From Longimicrobiales bacterium (GTDB lineage Bacteria; Gemmatimonadota; Gemmatimonadetes; Longimicrobiales; Gaopeijiaceae), in the NCBI GenBank assembly GCA_041690395.1, contig JAWLHJ010000001.1, positions 64,001 to 128,000 on the forward strand: a DNA stretch of 64,000 nt, in the 5' to 3' direction. Position numbers and translations under genes: made by a program. Below the pieces are notes generated by a model. The model did not search any database. It was given only the letters and a program-made list of their open reading frames with translations, and was not told the origin of the DNA. Shown in pieces: positions 47,360-57,851 of the stretch. Each line of letters opens with the position of its first letter. Position 1 is the stretch's first letter.

Positions 47360-48021
47360 GAGCGCTCGTCACCGGAGGATTCCTCGTCGTCGCGGTGCTC
47401 GTCATCTGGCTCGCCTTCGTGGTGGGCCCCGACACCTCGACAGGGAACCTGTTCACGAATCTGGGCACGGAGATCATCGGGATCGTGATTACCGTCGCGT
47501 TCGTGGAATGGCTCTTCGAGCGGCGACGGCTGCAGACCCGCGGCCGGCAGCTCGCCTGGGACGCACTCCACACGGTGGAACACGCCGTCTGGATCTGGCA
47601 GGGTGGGCCGCGCCAGATGGACACGGACGAGATCCTCGGGATCCTGAACGCCGTGGGAGACGACGACCCGCTCCCGGACTTCACCGAGGGGATGTTCCTC
47701 GGCATAGGCACGCGTAGCCGACGGCTGCTCGACAACGAGCCGCAGGCGGTATCGGCCGTTCCCGGCTTCATGAACGGGCTCGAGCAGCTCGCCCGGCTCA
47801 GCGCCATCCGCGACGGCAAGGCTTCGATGCCGGCGCGCAAGATCGCCGACATCCTCGAAGACGGTACGCGCGAGCTCGCGCGTGCGCTCGGCCGACCCAC
47901 GGAGCGACATCTCGCGAGCCTCATCCGCTACCGGGATCCCTCGGAACGGAGTCAGGAGCGACGGCACTCCGGTGGCCGCGCGGGCTCACCGTTGGGCGGC
48001 AGGCCGGAGCCCTTCGCCTGA
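47353..48021 (+). CDS. Hypothetical membrane protein
   Basis: ATG 47353; two N-terminal TMs (NLGTEIIGIVITVAFVEW). Confidence 0.7.
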   Translation: MLRALVTGGFLVVAVLVIWLAFVVGPDTSTGNLFTNLGTEIIGIVITVAFVEWLFERRRLQTRGRQLAWDALHTVEHAVWIWQGGPRQMDTDEILGILNAVGDDDPLPDFTEGMFLGIGTRSRRLLDNEPQAVSAVPGFMNGLEQLARLSAIRDGKASMPARKIADILEDGTRELARALGRPTERHLASLIRYRDPSERSQERRHSGGRAGSPLGGRPEPFA

Positions 48022-48027
48022 CGCTCG

Positions 48028-48984
48028 TCAGGTGACCGGTGGCAGCACCCGCTCGAGACGGCCCCGATCCCACCCCGCCGCGTCGGCGGCGGCCTCGTAC
48101 GTGCTCTCGAGGAACGACATGAGCGCGCCGTCGGGATCCTCCGCGGACCGCACGGCTTCGTACGGCAGGACGAACTCCCCGAGCGTTTCGTGGAAATACG
48201 CTCCCTCCGGCAGGACCGGACGGCTCCGGAATCCCTCCGGCTCCGGGTAGGCGTAGGCGTAGAAAGCAGCCTCACCGAGCTCGCCCCCCGGCCAGAATCC
48301 GGCGCTCGAAAGCTCGTCCGAGTAGGCCTCCTCCATGACCCAGTCGGCCACGTTCGGGGCCCCGCCCGGGTGCTTCGGGGCCGGCCGGCCGGAGAAGCGC
48401 GTGACGGCGAGATCGAAAGCGCCCCAGAAGAAGTGGACGGGGCTCACCTTGCCGGCGAACCGGGCCCGAAAGCGCTTCATCACCCGGTCGACCTGCACCA
48501 GTGCCAGCCAGAATCGCCGAATGGCGTCCCCGTCGTAGGGCCGCGGTACACGATCCTCCTCGAATGGCGTGGCCGGATCGACCTCGACCGGGCGCGCGAG
48601 GATCTCGACCTGGATGTCCAGGTCGTGCAGGCCTCCGAAGAGCTCCCGGTAGAAGTCCGCGACCGACATCGGGCCGAGCCCCATCCCCCACGTACGGCCC
48701 CGTGAGGTGGAGATCCGAAGGGCATGGCTCTGGAAGTCGAACTCGATCTCGAACGATTCCCCCCGGTGATGGATCGGGGATGTGGACAGCCCCCTGGTCG
48801 TCACGTACAGCGCCGATCCCCAGGAATGGTTGACCCACGGGGCGAGCGCGAGGCGAACCTTTCCGACGACCTGACTCCACATATGCACGGCCGCCCGCGT
48901 CCCCTCCCACTCCTCGAGCGGGGGGAGGGCCGGCCAGGCTTCGCGCGGGACCGCATCGTGGGTGTGCTGGGAGGGTGCCGACAT
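48028..48984 (-). CDS. DUF5996-like protein
   Basis: WVNHSW, SPVHFFWGAFDLAVTRFSGR, SAGFWPG, FYAYAYPEP. Confidence 0.85.
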   Translation of the reverse strand: MSAPSQHTHDAVPREAWPALPPLEEWEGTRAAVHMWSQVVGKVRLALAPWVNHSWGSALYVTTRGLSTSPIHHRGESFEIEFDFQSHALRISTSRGRTWGMGLGPMSVADFYRELFGGLHDLDIQVEILARPVEVDPATPFEEDRVPRPYDGDAIRRFWLALVQVDRVMKRFRARFAGKVSPVHFFWGAFDLAVTRFSGRPAPKHPGGAPNVADWVMEEAYSDELSSAGFWPGGELGEAAFYAYAYPEPEGFRSRPVLPEGAYFHETLGEFVLPYEAVRSAEDPDGALMSFLESTYEAAADAAGWDRGRLERVLPPVT

Positions 48985-49140
48985 GGTGTCGCTCCTGACG
49001 AGGAAGGTGACCCGGATCATGGCTCGGACGCTGCCCGCCCGCCAGTTCCGCCACGCGGGTGAGTCCCCTGGTCCATGGGTCGAGAATGGGACAAACTAGG
49101 TGTTCCCCTCCCTTACGACCCCGGACGATTCGAGCCCATC

Positions 49141-49746
49141 ATGACCCATGATCTGCTGAAAGGTTTGAGCCGCTTCAGCAAGGAGTACTTTCCCGAGTTC
49201 CAGGAGCGATACCGGAGCCTCGTCGACGAGGGGCAGAAGCCGGGCACTCTCTTCATCGGGTGCTCCGACTCGCGGGTCGTGCCCAACGTGATCACGGACA
49301 GCGGCCCCGGTGACCTCTTCGTCGTCCGCAACGTCGGCAACATCGTCCCGAGCTACGAGGTCGACGAAGGCCATCACGGGGTCTCCGCGGCGATCGATTT
49401 CGCCGTGGACGTGCTCCATGTGAAGGATATCGTGGTGTGCGGGCACTCCCACTGCGGCGCCATCCGCGCGCTGTACGAGCCGCCCGGCAACGCGTCGAGG
49501 AACCTGAGCAAGTGGCTCGAGCTGGCGGGGCCCGCCAAAGTCGACGGGACGGTGGACGACGACCTGCTCCGGCGCACCGAACAGCGCTCGATCGTGGTCC
49601 AGCTCGATCGACTGATGGACTTCCCGAATGTCCGCGCTGGTGTCGAGGCCGGTGAGATCGCCCTCCATGGATGGCACTACTTGATCGAGGACGGGCAGAT
49701 CCTCATCCTGGACGTCGAGACCGGGGAGTTCTCGCCGCACGACTGA
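49141..49746 (+). CDS. Beta-class carbonic anhydrase
   Basis: CSDSRV, RNVGN, HSHCG. Confidence 0.95.
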   Translation: MTHDLLKGLSRFSKEYFPEFQERYRSLVDEGQKPGTLFIGCSDSRVVPNVITDSGPGDLFVVRNVGNIVPSYEVDEGHHGVSAAIDFAVDVLHVKDIVVCGHSHCGAIRALYEPPGNASRNLSKWLELAGPAKVDGTVDDDLLRRTEQRSIVVQLDRLMDFPNVRAGVEAGEIALHGWHYLIEDGQILILDVETGEFSPHD

Positions 49747-49920
49747 GACCGGCGGCCGGCGACTCCAGGTCTCAGGCGGGCCTTGCCGAGCGGGACCCAC
49801 GTCTCGGTCGTGTCGCAAGATCGTCACTGTTCGACCTCGGTCGGCCCTCCGCCGAAGACGCGGCCGTCGTCCCCCTTCTAGATTCAGCGTTCTTGCACCC
49901 GTGGATCCGGAGACGAAGCG

Positions 49921-51363
49921 ATGCGCAGAAGGGACTTCATTCGACGGTTGGCGACGGCAGGGGGCGGTGCCGCGGTGGCCCCCTCTCTCTCGGGGCTCGC
50001 GGCCTGGAACTTCGTGACGCCCGCTCAGGCGAGGGCCGCCGCCGCGAGTCGCGACGAAGTGCACCAGGCCATCGGGTACGGCTCACTGCGGCCGAGCGTG
50101 GACTGTCCGGAGCTCGAGATACCCGACGGTTTCCGGTGCGTCAGGATCAGCGAGGCGCTCCGTCCGGCGGCCGGCCGACCGGACATCATCGTGCCCAACG
50201 CGTTCGACGGAATGGCGTCCTTCCCGCTCCCGAACGGCAACATTCGCCTGATCCGCAATCACGAGATGGCCGAGCCGGCGGGGAACGGACCCGCGATCGG
50301 TGAGCCCGCCTACGACCGGCTGGCGACGGGCGGGACGTCGTCGCTCGAGGTGCGCATCACGGGGAGCGGCATGGACCGGCAGGTCGAGGTCGTCGAGGAG
50401 TTCGTCTCGTTGGCCGGCACGCGTGTGAATTGCGCCGGCGGCCCCACTCCCTGGGGATCGTGGCTGAGCTGTGAGGAGAACACGAACGGCCCGGCCCAGG
50501 GCTTCGAACAACCCCACGGATACGTGTTCGAGGTACCGGTCGACGCGCGTGGGCCTGTGGAGCCCGTCCCGCTCAAGGCCATGGGACGATTCGTCCACGA
50601 GGCCGTGGCCGTGGACCCGGCGACCGGCATCGTGTACCAGACCGAGGACGTACGCTTCGAGATGGGCAACCCGGCACGTCCCGGTGCAGGCTTCTACCGC
50701 TACATCCCGAACCGGCCGGAGCGCCTCGCCGAGGGCGGGCGCCTGCAGATCATGGCCATCGAGGAGCTCCCGGGCTTCGTCACGGTTTGGGGCATGCGTC
50801 CCGGGGAGACCCTGCCGACGACCTGGATCGACATCGACGACCCGGACAACCCCGCCGCAGAGGAAGACCCTTCCGCCGTGTTCCGTGAGGGACTCGCCAA
50901 GGGCGCGGCGGCCTTCGCCCGCCTCGAGGGCGCCTGGGCCGGGGACGACGGCATCTACCTCGTATCGACCGACGGCGGACGTGCCCGGGCCGGCCAGGTC
51001 TTCTTCTACCGGCCGACGACGGCTGACCGCGGTGAGCTCACACTGGTGTTCGAGTCGCCCTCACGGGAAGTCCTCGACGCGCCGGACAACATCTGCACCA
51101 CGCCCAGAGGTGGACTCATCATCTGCGAGGACGGTCCGGGCGACGAGTTCGTGAGGGGCCTCGACCGGAGTGGTCGCATCGTCGACCTGGTGCGGCAGCC
51201 GCACCTACCCGGGGCCGAGGAACCGAGCGAGTTCTGCGGCGCGTGCATGAGCCCGGACGGCGAGGTGCTGTTCTTCAACGTCCAGGGCGACCGGACCACG
51301 AGCGGCACCGAGCCCAGCGTCACCTACGCCATGTGGGGGCCGTGGGCCGAAGGGGGGCTGTAA
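49921..51363 (+). CDS. phoX: PhoX-family alkaline phosphatase (Tat-exported)
   Basis: MRRRDF leader, RNHE, NCAGGPTPWGSWLSCEE, MGRFVHE, RLEG, PDN, CED. Confidence 0.9.
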   Translation: MRRRDFIRRLATAGGGAAVAPSLSGLAAWNFVTPAQARAAAASRDEVHQAIGYGSLRPSVDCPELEIPDGFRCVRISEALRPAAGRPDIIVPNAFDGMASFPLPNGNIRLIRNHEMAEPAGNGPAIGEPAYDRLATGGTSSLEVRITGSGMDRQVEVVEEFVSLAGTRVNCAGGPTPWGSWLSCEENTNGPAQGFEQPHGYVFEVPVDARGPVEPVPLKAMGRFVHEAVAVDPATGIVYQTEDVRFEMGNPARPGAGFYRYIPNRPERLAEGGRLQIMAIEELPGFVTVWGMRPGETLPTTWIDIDDPDNPAAEEDPSAVFREGLAKGAAAFARLEGAWAGDDGIYLVSTDGGRARAGQVFFYRPTTADRGELTLVFESPSREVLDAPDNICTTPRGGLIICEDGPGDEFVRGLDRSGRIVDLVRQPHLPGAEEPSEFCGACMSPDGEVLFFNVQGDRTTSGTEPSVTYAMWGPWAEGGL

Positions 51364-51408
51364 CGCGAACTCCTTTGCGCATCGGCTCCGAACCGTGTAT
51401 CTGGAGCC

Positions 51409-52284
51409 ATGCCCTATTCCGACGCCGCCTCCGCACGCCTGTCCGACGAGCGGGGTGGAGACGCCCCGAGGAGCCCCACACGAGTCGCTTTCTTCGCGAC
51501 CTGTCTCGCCGACCGCTTCTTCGCTGACGCCTGCGCGGACGCGGTGCGGATTCTCGAACACCTGGGCGTGGCGGTGGACGTGCCGGACGGCCAGACCTGC
51601 TGCGGGCAGCCTGCGTACAACGCAGGACACCGTGCGGAGGCGACCCGTATGGCCCGGCAGACGGCGAAGGCCTTCGCGGCGGCCGATCATGTCGTGCTCC
51701 CGTCGGGAAGCTGCGCCGGAATGATCCGGAGCTTCTACCCGTCGCTGCTGCGTGCCGCGAAGAGTGGAGCGCCCGGCCTCGCACCGCGAGCTCACGAGCT
51801 CTCCTCCTTCCTGGTTCACGAGCTCGGCGTCCTCGGTCCGGACTGGCGTGACCACGAGGGTGATCCGCCACGGATCGGCGCTGGACTGGAGGGAGTCGGT
51901 GTCGTCTACCACCACGGCTGTCACGCGCTTCGGGAGCTCGGTGTCCACGACGAGCCGGTGGCGCTCCTACGGGCGTGCGGCGCCGACGTCGTGCCGTGGG
52001 GCGGAGATACCGAGTGCTGCGGCTTCGGCGGGCTGTTCAGCACGAAGTTCCCGGAGGTCTCGAGCGGCATGGCAGACCGCAAGCTCGACGCCCTGCCGCC
52101 CGACATCGATTTCGTGACTTCGGCGGACGGCGGCTGCCTTCTTCAGCTGTCGGGCCGAGCCCGGCATCTCGCGAGAGAGGATGGGGCGCAGGCTCCGAGC
52201 GCCTCGCCCACCCCCCGCACGTCCAATCCAGCCCCCGGCTTCGTTCACCTCGCGACACTCCTCCGTCGGGGGTTGGGCGCATGA
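51409..52284 (+). CDS. lutA: Lactate utilisation Fe-S protein A (two CCG domains)
   Basis: FATCLAD, QTCCGQPAYN, SGSC, CCGFGG. Confidence 0.9.
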   Translation: MPYSDAASARLSDERGGDAPRSPTRVAFFATCLADRFFADACADAVRILEHLGVAVDVPDGQTCCGQPAYNAGHRAEATRMARQTAKAFAAADHVVLPSGSCAGMIRSFYPSLLRAAKSGAPGLAPRAHELSSFLVHELGVLGPDWRDHEGDPPRIGAGLEGVGVVYHHGCHALRELGVHDEPVALLRACGADVVPWGGDTECCGFGGLFSTKFPEVSSGMADRKLDALPPDIDFVTSADGGCLLQLSGRARHLAREDGAQAPSASPTPRTSNPAPGFVHLATLLRRGLGA

Positions 52285-53684
52285 GTGAGCGGTCACGCCC
52301 GAGCGACTATGGCGCCGAATCCGCCCGCATCGTCCGGGACGACCCCGGCATGCGCACCTCCATCACGGGCGCCGTCCGCTCGAAGCACGAGAAACGGCAG
52401 GCGGCGTGGGCTGAGATCGACGCGGAGGCGTGGCGCGACTGGGCCCGGGACGTGAAGACACACGTGCTCACGCACCTGGACCGGTATCTGCCGCAGGCCG
52501 AGGACGCGCTCCTCCGGAACGGCGTGAAGGTCCACTGGGCGGAGACCGCGGCCCAGGCCTGCGACGTCGTCACGCGCATCGCCGCCGACCACGGGGCGCG
52601 CCGCGTGGTGAAGGCCAAGAGCATGCTGACCGAGGAGATCGGGCTCAACGAAAGCCTCGAGCGGGCAGGGTTGGAGGTCCGGGAGACCGACCTGGGAGAG
52701 TACATCATCCAGCTCCTCGACGAGCCGCCGAGCCACATCGTGGGTCCCTCGCTCCACCGCAGCCTCGAAGACTGCCGGCGGCTCTTCCACGACCGGTTCG
52801 GCACGCCGCTCGACGCCTCGCCGGAGACGCTCGCCGCGACCGCGCGGCGCATCCTCCGGGACGACTTCCTCCAGGCCGACATGGGCGTCTCGGGCGCCAA
52901 CTTCCTGGCGGCGGACACCGGCACCATCGCGCTCATCGAGAACGAGGGGAACATCCGTATCTCGACCTCGATCCCGCCGGTGCACGTGGCCGTGGTGGGC
53001 ATCGAGAAGCTCGTCCCCAAGTTCGAGGATCTCGCCGGCCTCATCCAGCTGACGGCGCGCTCGGCCACCGGCCAGGCCATCGGCAACTACGTGTCGCTCA
53101 TCCAGGGCCCCCGCCGCCCGGGCGAGCGCGACGGACCCGACGAGGTCCACGTCGTCTTCGTCGACAACGGGCGCACCCGCCTGCTCGCCGACGAGCACGC
53201 CTGGGAGGTGCTCCGGTGCGTGCGCTGCGGCGCCTGCCTCAACAGCTGCCCGGTGTACCGCCAGACCGGAGGGCACGCGTACGGATGGGCTTACTCGGGC
53301 CCGATCGGCGCGATCCTGGCGCCAGGCATCCTCGGACTGGAGGCGGCGATGCCGCTTCCGTTCGCTTCAAGCTTGTGTGGTGCTTGCGCGGAGGTATGTC
53401 CCGTTCGTATTCCAATACCGGAGCTACTCGTCTACTGGCGGGAGCGAGCGGTCGAGGAAGGCCTCACGCCGACGGTGGACGGAGTGGCCATGAAGGTGTG
53501 GGCGGCGCTCGCGGAGCACCCGGGCGCGTTCGGCGTAGCGTCGGACGTGGTCGGAGCGCTGCCTCTGGAGGGGGCGGGCCGCAAGCTGCCGGTGTTGCGG
53601 GGGTGGATGGGGGAGCGCGCGGCGCCCGTGCCGAGTCCCGAACGTTTTCTGAACACCTCGAGCAGGAAGGAGGAAGGTACGTGA
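52281..53684 (+). CDS. lutB: Lactate utilisation Fe-S protein B
   Basis: KAKSMLTEEI, ETDLGEYI, ENEGN, CVRCGACLNSCP, SSLCGACAEVCP. Confidence 0.93.
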   Translation: MSERSRPSDYGAESARIVRDDPGMRTSITGAVRSKHEKRQAAWAEIDAEAWRDWARDVKTHVLTHLDRYLPQAEDALLRNGVKVHWAETAAQACDVVTRIAADHGARRVVKAKSMLTEEIGLNESLERAGLEVRETDLGEYIIQLLDEPPSHIVGPSLHRSLEDCRRLFHDRFGTPLDASPETLAATARRILRDDFLQADMGVSGANFLAADTGTIALIENEGNIRISTSIPPVHVAVVGIEKLVPKFEDLAGLIQLTARSATGQAIGNYVSLIQGPRRPGERDGPDEVHVVFVDNGRTRLLADEHAWEVLRCVRCGACLNSCPVYRQTGGHAYGWAYSGPIGAILAPGILGLEAAMPLPFASSLCGACAEVCPVRIPIPELLVYWRERAVEEGLTPTVDGVAMKVWAALAEHPGAFGVASDVVGALPLEGAGRKLPVLRGWMGERAAPVPSPERFLNTSSRKEEGT

Positions 53685-54277
53685 GCCCTCGCAATCGGAT
53701 TCTGGGATATGTCCGCGGCGCCACGGCGTCCCGGCCCAGGGTCCCTCATCCGGGTCGCTTCGACGGACGCTTTCTCGCGGGTGACGACCGTCCCCCGATG
53801 GAGCGGTTCGCCGAGCAGTTCACGGCGTCCGGGGGTGAGGTCGAGCGTTTCGTCGACACGGAGGCCGCGGTCCGGTGGCTCGGAGAATTCACACGCGGCT
53901 ACGAGAGCGTGACCGTGGGCGTGACGGTTCCGGGCCGACTGCGCCCGGCGCTTCCGTCCACCTGCCCCGACCTGGCACCCCTCGGCGTTTCCGCCGCCGT
54001 CGCAGCCGTTGCCGAGACGGGATCGCTGGTCCTCGACGCCCGGGACGGCCGTCGGACGCAGCTCCTGGCGCCCACCCACGTGGTGTTCGTGCGGGAGCAG
54101 GACATCCACGAGACGCTCGTGGGCGCCATGGTGACACTCCAGCCGGACCTACCCTCGGCCGTGGGACTCCACTCCGGCCCGTCCAAGTCGGCCGACATCG
54201 GGCAGATCCTGGTACGGGGGGTGCACGGGCCCGGTCGCATCGTGGCGGCGGTCATCGGGGAGGCCGGCCCGGTCTGA
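53681..54277 (+). CDS. lutC: Lactate utilisation protein C (LUD domain)
   Basis: AETGSL, SGPSKSADI, GVHGP. Confidence 0.9.
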   Translation: MSPRNRILGYVRGATASRPRVPHPGRFDGRFLAGDDRPPMERFAEQFTASGGEVERFVDTEAAVRWLGEFTRGYESVTVGVTVPGRLRPALPSTCPDLAPLGVSAAVAAVAETGSLVLDARDGRRTQLLAPTHVVFVREQDIHETLVGAMVTLQPDLPSAVGLHSGPSKSADIGQILVRGVHGPGRIVAAVIGEAGPV

Positions 54278-54293
54278 CACCGGTCCGCCGACC

Positions 54294-55643
54294 GTGACCC
54301 TCGCCGACGCCCGCGCGGATCTACCGCCGCGCTACGAGCTCCACCGCGTCCTGAGGATACGGGACGGCATGTCGATCACGGTAGGTATCGTGATCGGTGC
54401 GGGTATTCTGCGCACTCCGGGCCTCATCGCCGGATATCTCGGAGACCCGTGGCTCATCCTGGGCCTCTGGTTCTTCGGCGGCGTGGTGGTGGCCATGTCC
54501 ACGCTCGTGCTGGGCGAGATGGCCGCGGCGTTCCCCGAGGCCGGCGGCAAGTACGTCTACGCGCGCCACGCCTGGGGCGACACCATGGGCTTCGTGGCGG
54601 GCTGGTCCGAGCTCCTGGTCACCCGCGGCTTCAGCGGTGCGGCGAAGGCCGTGGCCATCGCCGAGTACATCCGCATCCTCCTCGGGGGCCGGGGCTCGGT
54701 CTCGCTCATGGCGCTGGCCATCGTGCTCGCGTTCTTCGCCCTGCACACGCGTGGCCTCAAGGCCAGCACCCTGTTCCAGAACGTCACGACGGTGCTCAAG
54801 ATCCTCATCATCCTGCTGATCGCCGCCGCCGGCATCTGGGTGGGAGACCTCGCGGGCTTCCAGCCGGCACCCACGACCGCGTCGGGGCCGACGGCCGGTC
54901 TCCTGGGGTTCGCCCTCGCCTACCAGTCGATCTCGTTCGCCTACTACGGGTGGGAGGACGCCGCCAAGATGGCGGAGGAGGTCAAGGATCCCGGCCGCGC
55001 CCTCCCGCGCATCCTCGTCGGAGGCTCCGTCGCGGTCATGGTGCTGTACCTGCTCATGAACGTGTCCTTCCTCGCGGCGCTGACGCCCGCCGAGATGGCC
55101 GGCTCCGAGCTCGTGGCCGCCGACGCCATCTCGAGCGTATTCGGAGCGGCGGCCGGCACCGTGGTGGTCGTCGCGAGCCTCGTGATCCTGATCTCGAGCG
55201 CCAACGTGAACTTCCTGGGTCTCCCCCGTGTGGCCTATGGGCTCGCGCAGAAGGGCCTCGCGCCCCAACGGTTCGGAGTGCTCGACCACCGCAGCACTCC
55301 GAGGAACGGGCTGACGTTCATCTCGCTCTGGATCGGGGCGCTGGCGCTCACGGGGGCCTTCGAGCTGCTGATCCGCTTCATGATGACCGTGGCGATCGCC
55401 GTAGACACCATGGTGCTCCTCGGGTACTTCAAGCTCCGCCGCGACCGGCCCGAGCTCGAGCGTCCCTTCAGAACGCCCGGCCATCCGTGGCTGGCCATGG
55501 CCACCGTCGTGCTCTACATGGCCATCCTGGTGATTCTGGTCGGAACGCAGCCGGCCCTGTCGGTGGGAGCTGGCGCGATGTTGGCCGGACTGGTTCTCGC
55601 TGGATGGCTGACGGCTCGCCGACGACCCGCCTCCACGTCGTGA
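54294..55643 (+). CDS. APC family amino acid permease
   Basis: GIVIGAGI, FPEAGGKYVY, YYGWE..EEVKDP, RPFRTPG. Confidence 0.93.
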   Translation: MTLADARADLPPRYELHRVLRIRDGMSITVGIVIGAGILRTPGLIAGYLGDPWLILGLWFFGGVVVAMSTLVLGEMAAAFPEAGGKYVYARHAWGDTMGFVAGWSELLVTRGFSGAAKAVAIAEYIRILLGGRGSVSLMALAIVLAFFALHTRGLKASTLFQNVTTVLKILIILLIAAAGIWVGDLAGFQPAPTTASGPTAGLLGFALAYQSISFAYYGWEDAAKMAEEVKDPGRALPRILVGGSVAVMVLYLLMNVSFLAALTPAEMAGSELVAADAISSVFGAAAGTVVVVASLVILISSANVNFLGLPRVAYGLAQKGLAPQRFGVLDHRSTPRNGLTFISLWIGALALTGAFELLIRFMMTVAIAVDTMVLLGYFKLRRDRPELERPFRTPGHPWLAMATVVLYMAILVILVGTQPALSVGAGAMLAGLVLAGWLTARRRPASTS

Positions 55644-56566
55644 GCGGATCGTCGCAGACGTCTTCCGGCGTGCGCGCGCTCCTCGTGCTCCACGGAGAGC
55701 ATGGGGTCCGCGAGGACATCCGGGAGGTCGTGGAGGTGCTGCGGGCCGAGGGCGTCGACATCGAGGTCCGCCTGACCTGGGAGGGCGGGCACGCGGCTCT
55801 CTTCGCCCGTGAGGGCGCGGACGACGGCCGCACCGTGGTGGCGGGGGGCGGCGACGGAACGGTGCACGAGGTGGCCGAGGCCCTCGTCCGGAATGGGGCG
55901 GACGTGCCGATGGGAATCCTGCCGCTCGGGACGGCGAACGACTTCGCGGCGTCCGCCGGGATCCCGCTCGACGACCCGGGCCGTGCGCTTCGGTTGGCCC
56001 TCGACAGCGCGTCCGTGAGGTCCGTGGACCTCCTGGGCGTGGGCGACCACACCGTCGTGAATCTCGCATCCGCAGGCCCCGCCACACGGCTCACCGTCCA
56101 GACGTCCGACGGGCTCAAGCGCGTGCTCGGAAGCCTCTCCTACGCGGTGTCGGGGATCACGCAGATCGCGGCCATGGAAGCGCAGGAAGGCACGGTGCGG
56201 GGCCCGGACTTCGAGTGGAGCGGCAGATTTCTCGCCGTGGCCGTCGGGAACGGGAACCAGGCCGGCGGCGGCATCGTCCTGTGTCCCGATGCGGTGATCG
56301 ACGACGGGCTCCTCGACGTGCGCGTGGTCCCGGAAGGAGACGGTGCGGGCCGGCTGCTTCTCGACAGCCTGCTCCACGGCCGCGACGCCGTCCTGGAGGA
56401 AGCCTCTTTCGGCCATCGAGGCGCCTGGGTGGAGATCGAGACCACCGAGACGCTCCATGTGAACCTCGACGGCGAACCCGTCGACGGGACGTCGTTCCGC
56501 TTCGAAGTCCGCAGGGGCGCCCTCCGGCTGGCGCTTCCGGAGGCTTCGCCTCTCCTGGGCGGGTAG
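55640..56566 (+). CDS. YegS/diacylglycerol kinase family lipid kinase
   Basis: GGDGTVHE, PLGTANDFA, AGGG, DDGLLD, NLDGE. Confidence 0.92.
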   Translation: MSGSSQTSSGVRALLVLHGEHGVREDIREVVEVLRAEGVDIEVRLTWEGGHAALFAREGADDGRTVVAGGGDGTVHEVAEALVRNGADVPMGILPLGTANDFAASAGIPLDDPGRALRLALDSASVRSVDLLGVGDHTVVNLASAGPATRLTVQTSDGLKRVLGSLSYAVSGITQIAAMEAQEGTVRGPDFEWSGRFLAVAVGNGNQAGGGIVLCPDAVIDDGLLDVRVVPEGDGAGRLLLDSLLHGRDAVLEEASFGHRGAWVEIETTETLHVNLDGEPVDGTSFRFEVRRGALRLALPEASPLLGG

Positions 56567-56626
56567 GGTGCGGGCGCACCGGCCCGCGGGCGTGCTCGAC
56601 CGAACGCCCCAAGGACGTTCGGGGCT

Positions 56627-57706
56627 TCAGCCGGCGACGTCCGACCCGAGCCGCACGGTCCCACCGACGCCCGGCAGGTGGAGATCGTCGGGACGATGGC
56701 CCGCCTCGGCCCACGCCGCACGCGTGCGCTCCGGAGGCTCGAGCGGATTCTCGTCGGTGAGGCGGAACGCTCCCCAGTGCATGCCTACCATCGCGCCGGC
56801 CCCACCCAGGTCGCCGTAGGCTCGCACGGCCTCCTCCGGATTCATGTGCGAGTCCGCCATGAACCAACGTGGCTCATAGGCACCGATGGGGAGGATCGAG
56901 ACACGGAACGGCCCCAGCCGCTCCCCGATCTCCCGGAACGACGGGCAGTATCCGGAGTCGCCCCCGAAATACACCCGGCTTCCCGAGCCGGCGGGGACGA
57001 TCGCCCACGACGCCCAGAGCTCTCGGTTCGCATGCAGCCCTCGGCGCGTCCAGTGCCGCACCGGAAGGCAGATCAAGCGAACCGGCCCCCGCCCCGAGGT
57101 CACCTCGACCTGGTCCCACCAATCCAGCTCGACGACGTCCCGGACCCCCCGGCGGCGAAGGAAGGGTCCGTACCCGAGCGGCGTATACCACGGGAGGTCC
57201 CCCCCGTGGCGGTCGACGAGCGACCGGACGGTCCGCGCGTCGAGGTGGTCGTAGTGCCCATGCGACAGGAGCACGCCGTCCATGGGCGGAAGCTCGTCGA
57301 GGTCGATGCCGGGACCCGCGAAGCGGGGCCCACCGAGAAGAGAGAAGGGACCGGCTCTGGCCGACCAGATCGGATCGGTGATCAGATTGAGGCCGGGCAC
57401 CTGAACGAGAAGGGTCGCGTGCCCGACGAACGTGATCCGGACCTCACCCTCGTCGGCATGGGGCCGCGACACCGCCGGCCGGCCTCTCGGAACCTCCTCG
57501 GGCGACGGATCGGGCGGCAGCTCCGAGCGCCACCGCTCCCACATCCACCTCAGAAAGCCACCCGGACGCCGCTCGAGGTCCGGGTGCGGAGGCCATGGGT
57601 TGCGAAAGCCGCCCCCCGGCGCGTGGTGGGCAGGCGCACCCCGGTCCTCGGGAGCCGGAGGAGCTTCGGGCGCCCGCGCTACCGGGCGCGCGGAGGACGC
57701 GCTCAT
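56627..57706 (-). CDS. MBL-fold hydrolase (NAPE-PLD/RomA-like)
   Basis: GHAT, TDPIWS, SHGHYDHLD, HWTRR, GDSGY, PIGAYEP, MHWG. Confidence 0.92.
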   Translation of the reverse strand: MSASSARPVARAPEAPPAPEDRGAPAHHAPGGGFRNPWPPHPDLERRPGGFLRWMWERWRSELPPDPSPEEVPRGRPAVSRPHADEGEVRITFVGHATLLVQVPGLNLITDPIWSARAGPFSLLGGPRFAGPGIDLDELPPMDGVLLSHGHYDHLDARTVRSLVDRHGGDLPWYTPLGYGPFLRRRGVRDVVELDWWDQVEVTSGRGPVRLICLPVRHWTRRGLHANRELWASWAIVPAGSGSRVYFGGDSGYCPSFREIGERLGPFRVSILPIGAYEPRWFMADSHMNPEEAVRAYGDLGGAGAMVGMHWGAFRLTDENPLEPPERTRAAWAEAGHRPDDLHLPGVGGTVRLGSDVAG

Positions 57707-57851
57707 GGATCCTTCATGGCCAGGGGGCTCCTCGCACCCAACGGTTCACGTCACCGGATCCTGCTCCGGCGCGGGCCCGTAACGTTGACACGACCGACGC
57801 GCCCACGCGAGGTTCGCGCCGAACCCTTCAAGCTTCTTCGTCGTCCCAGGC

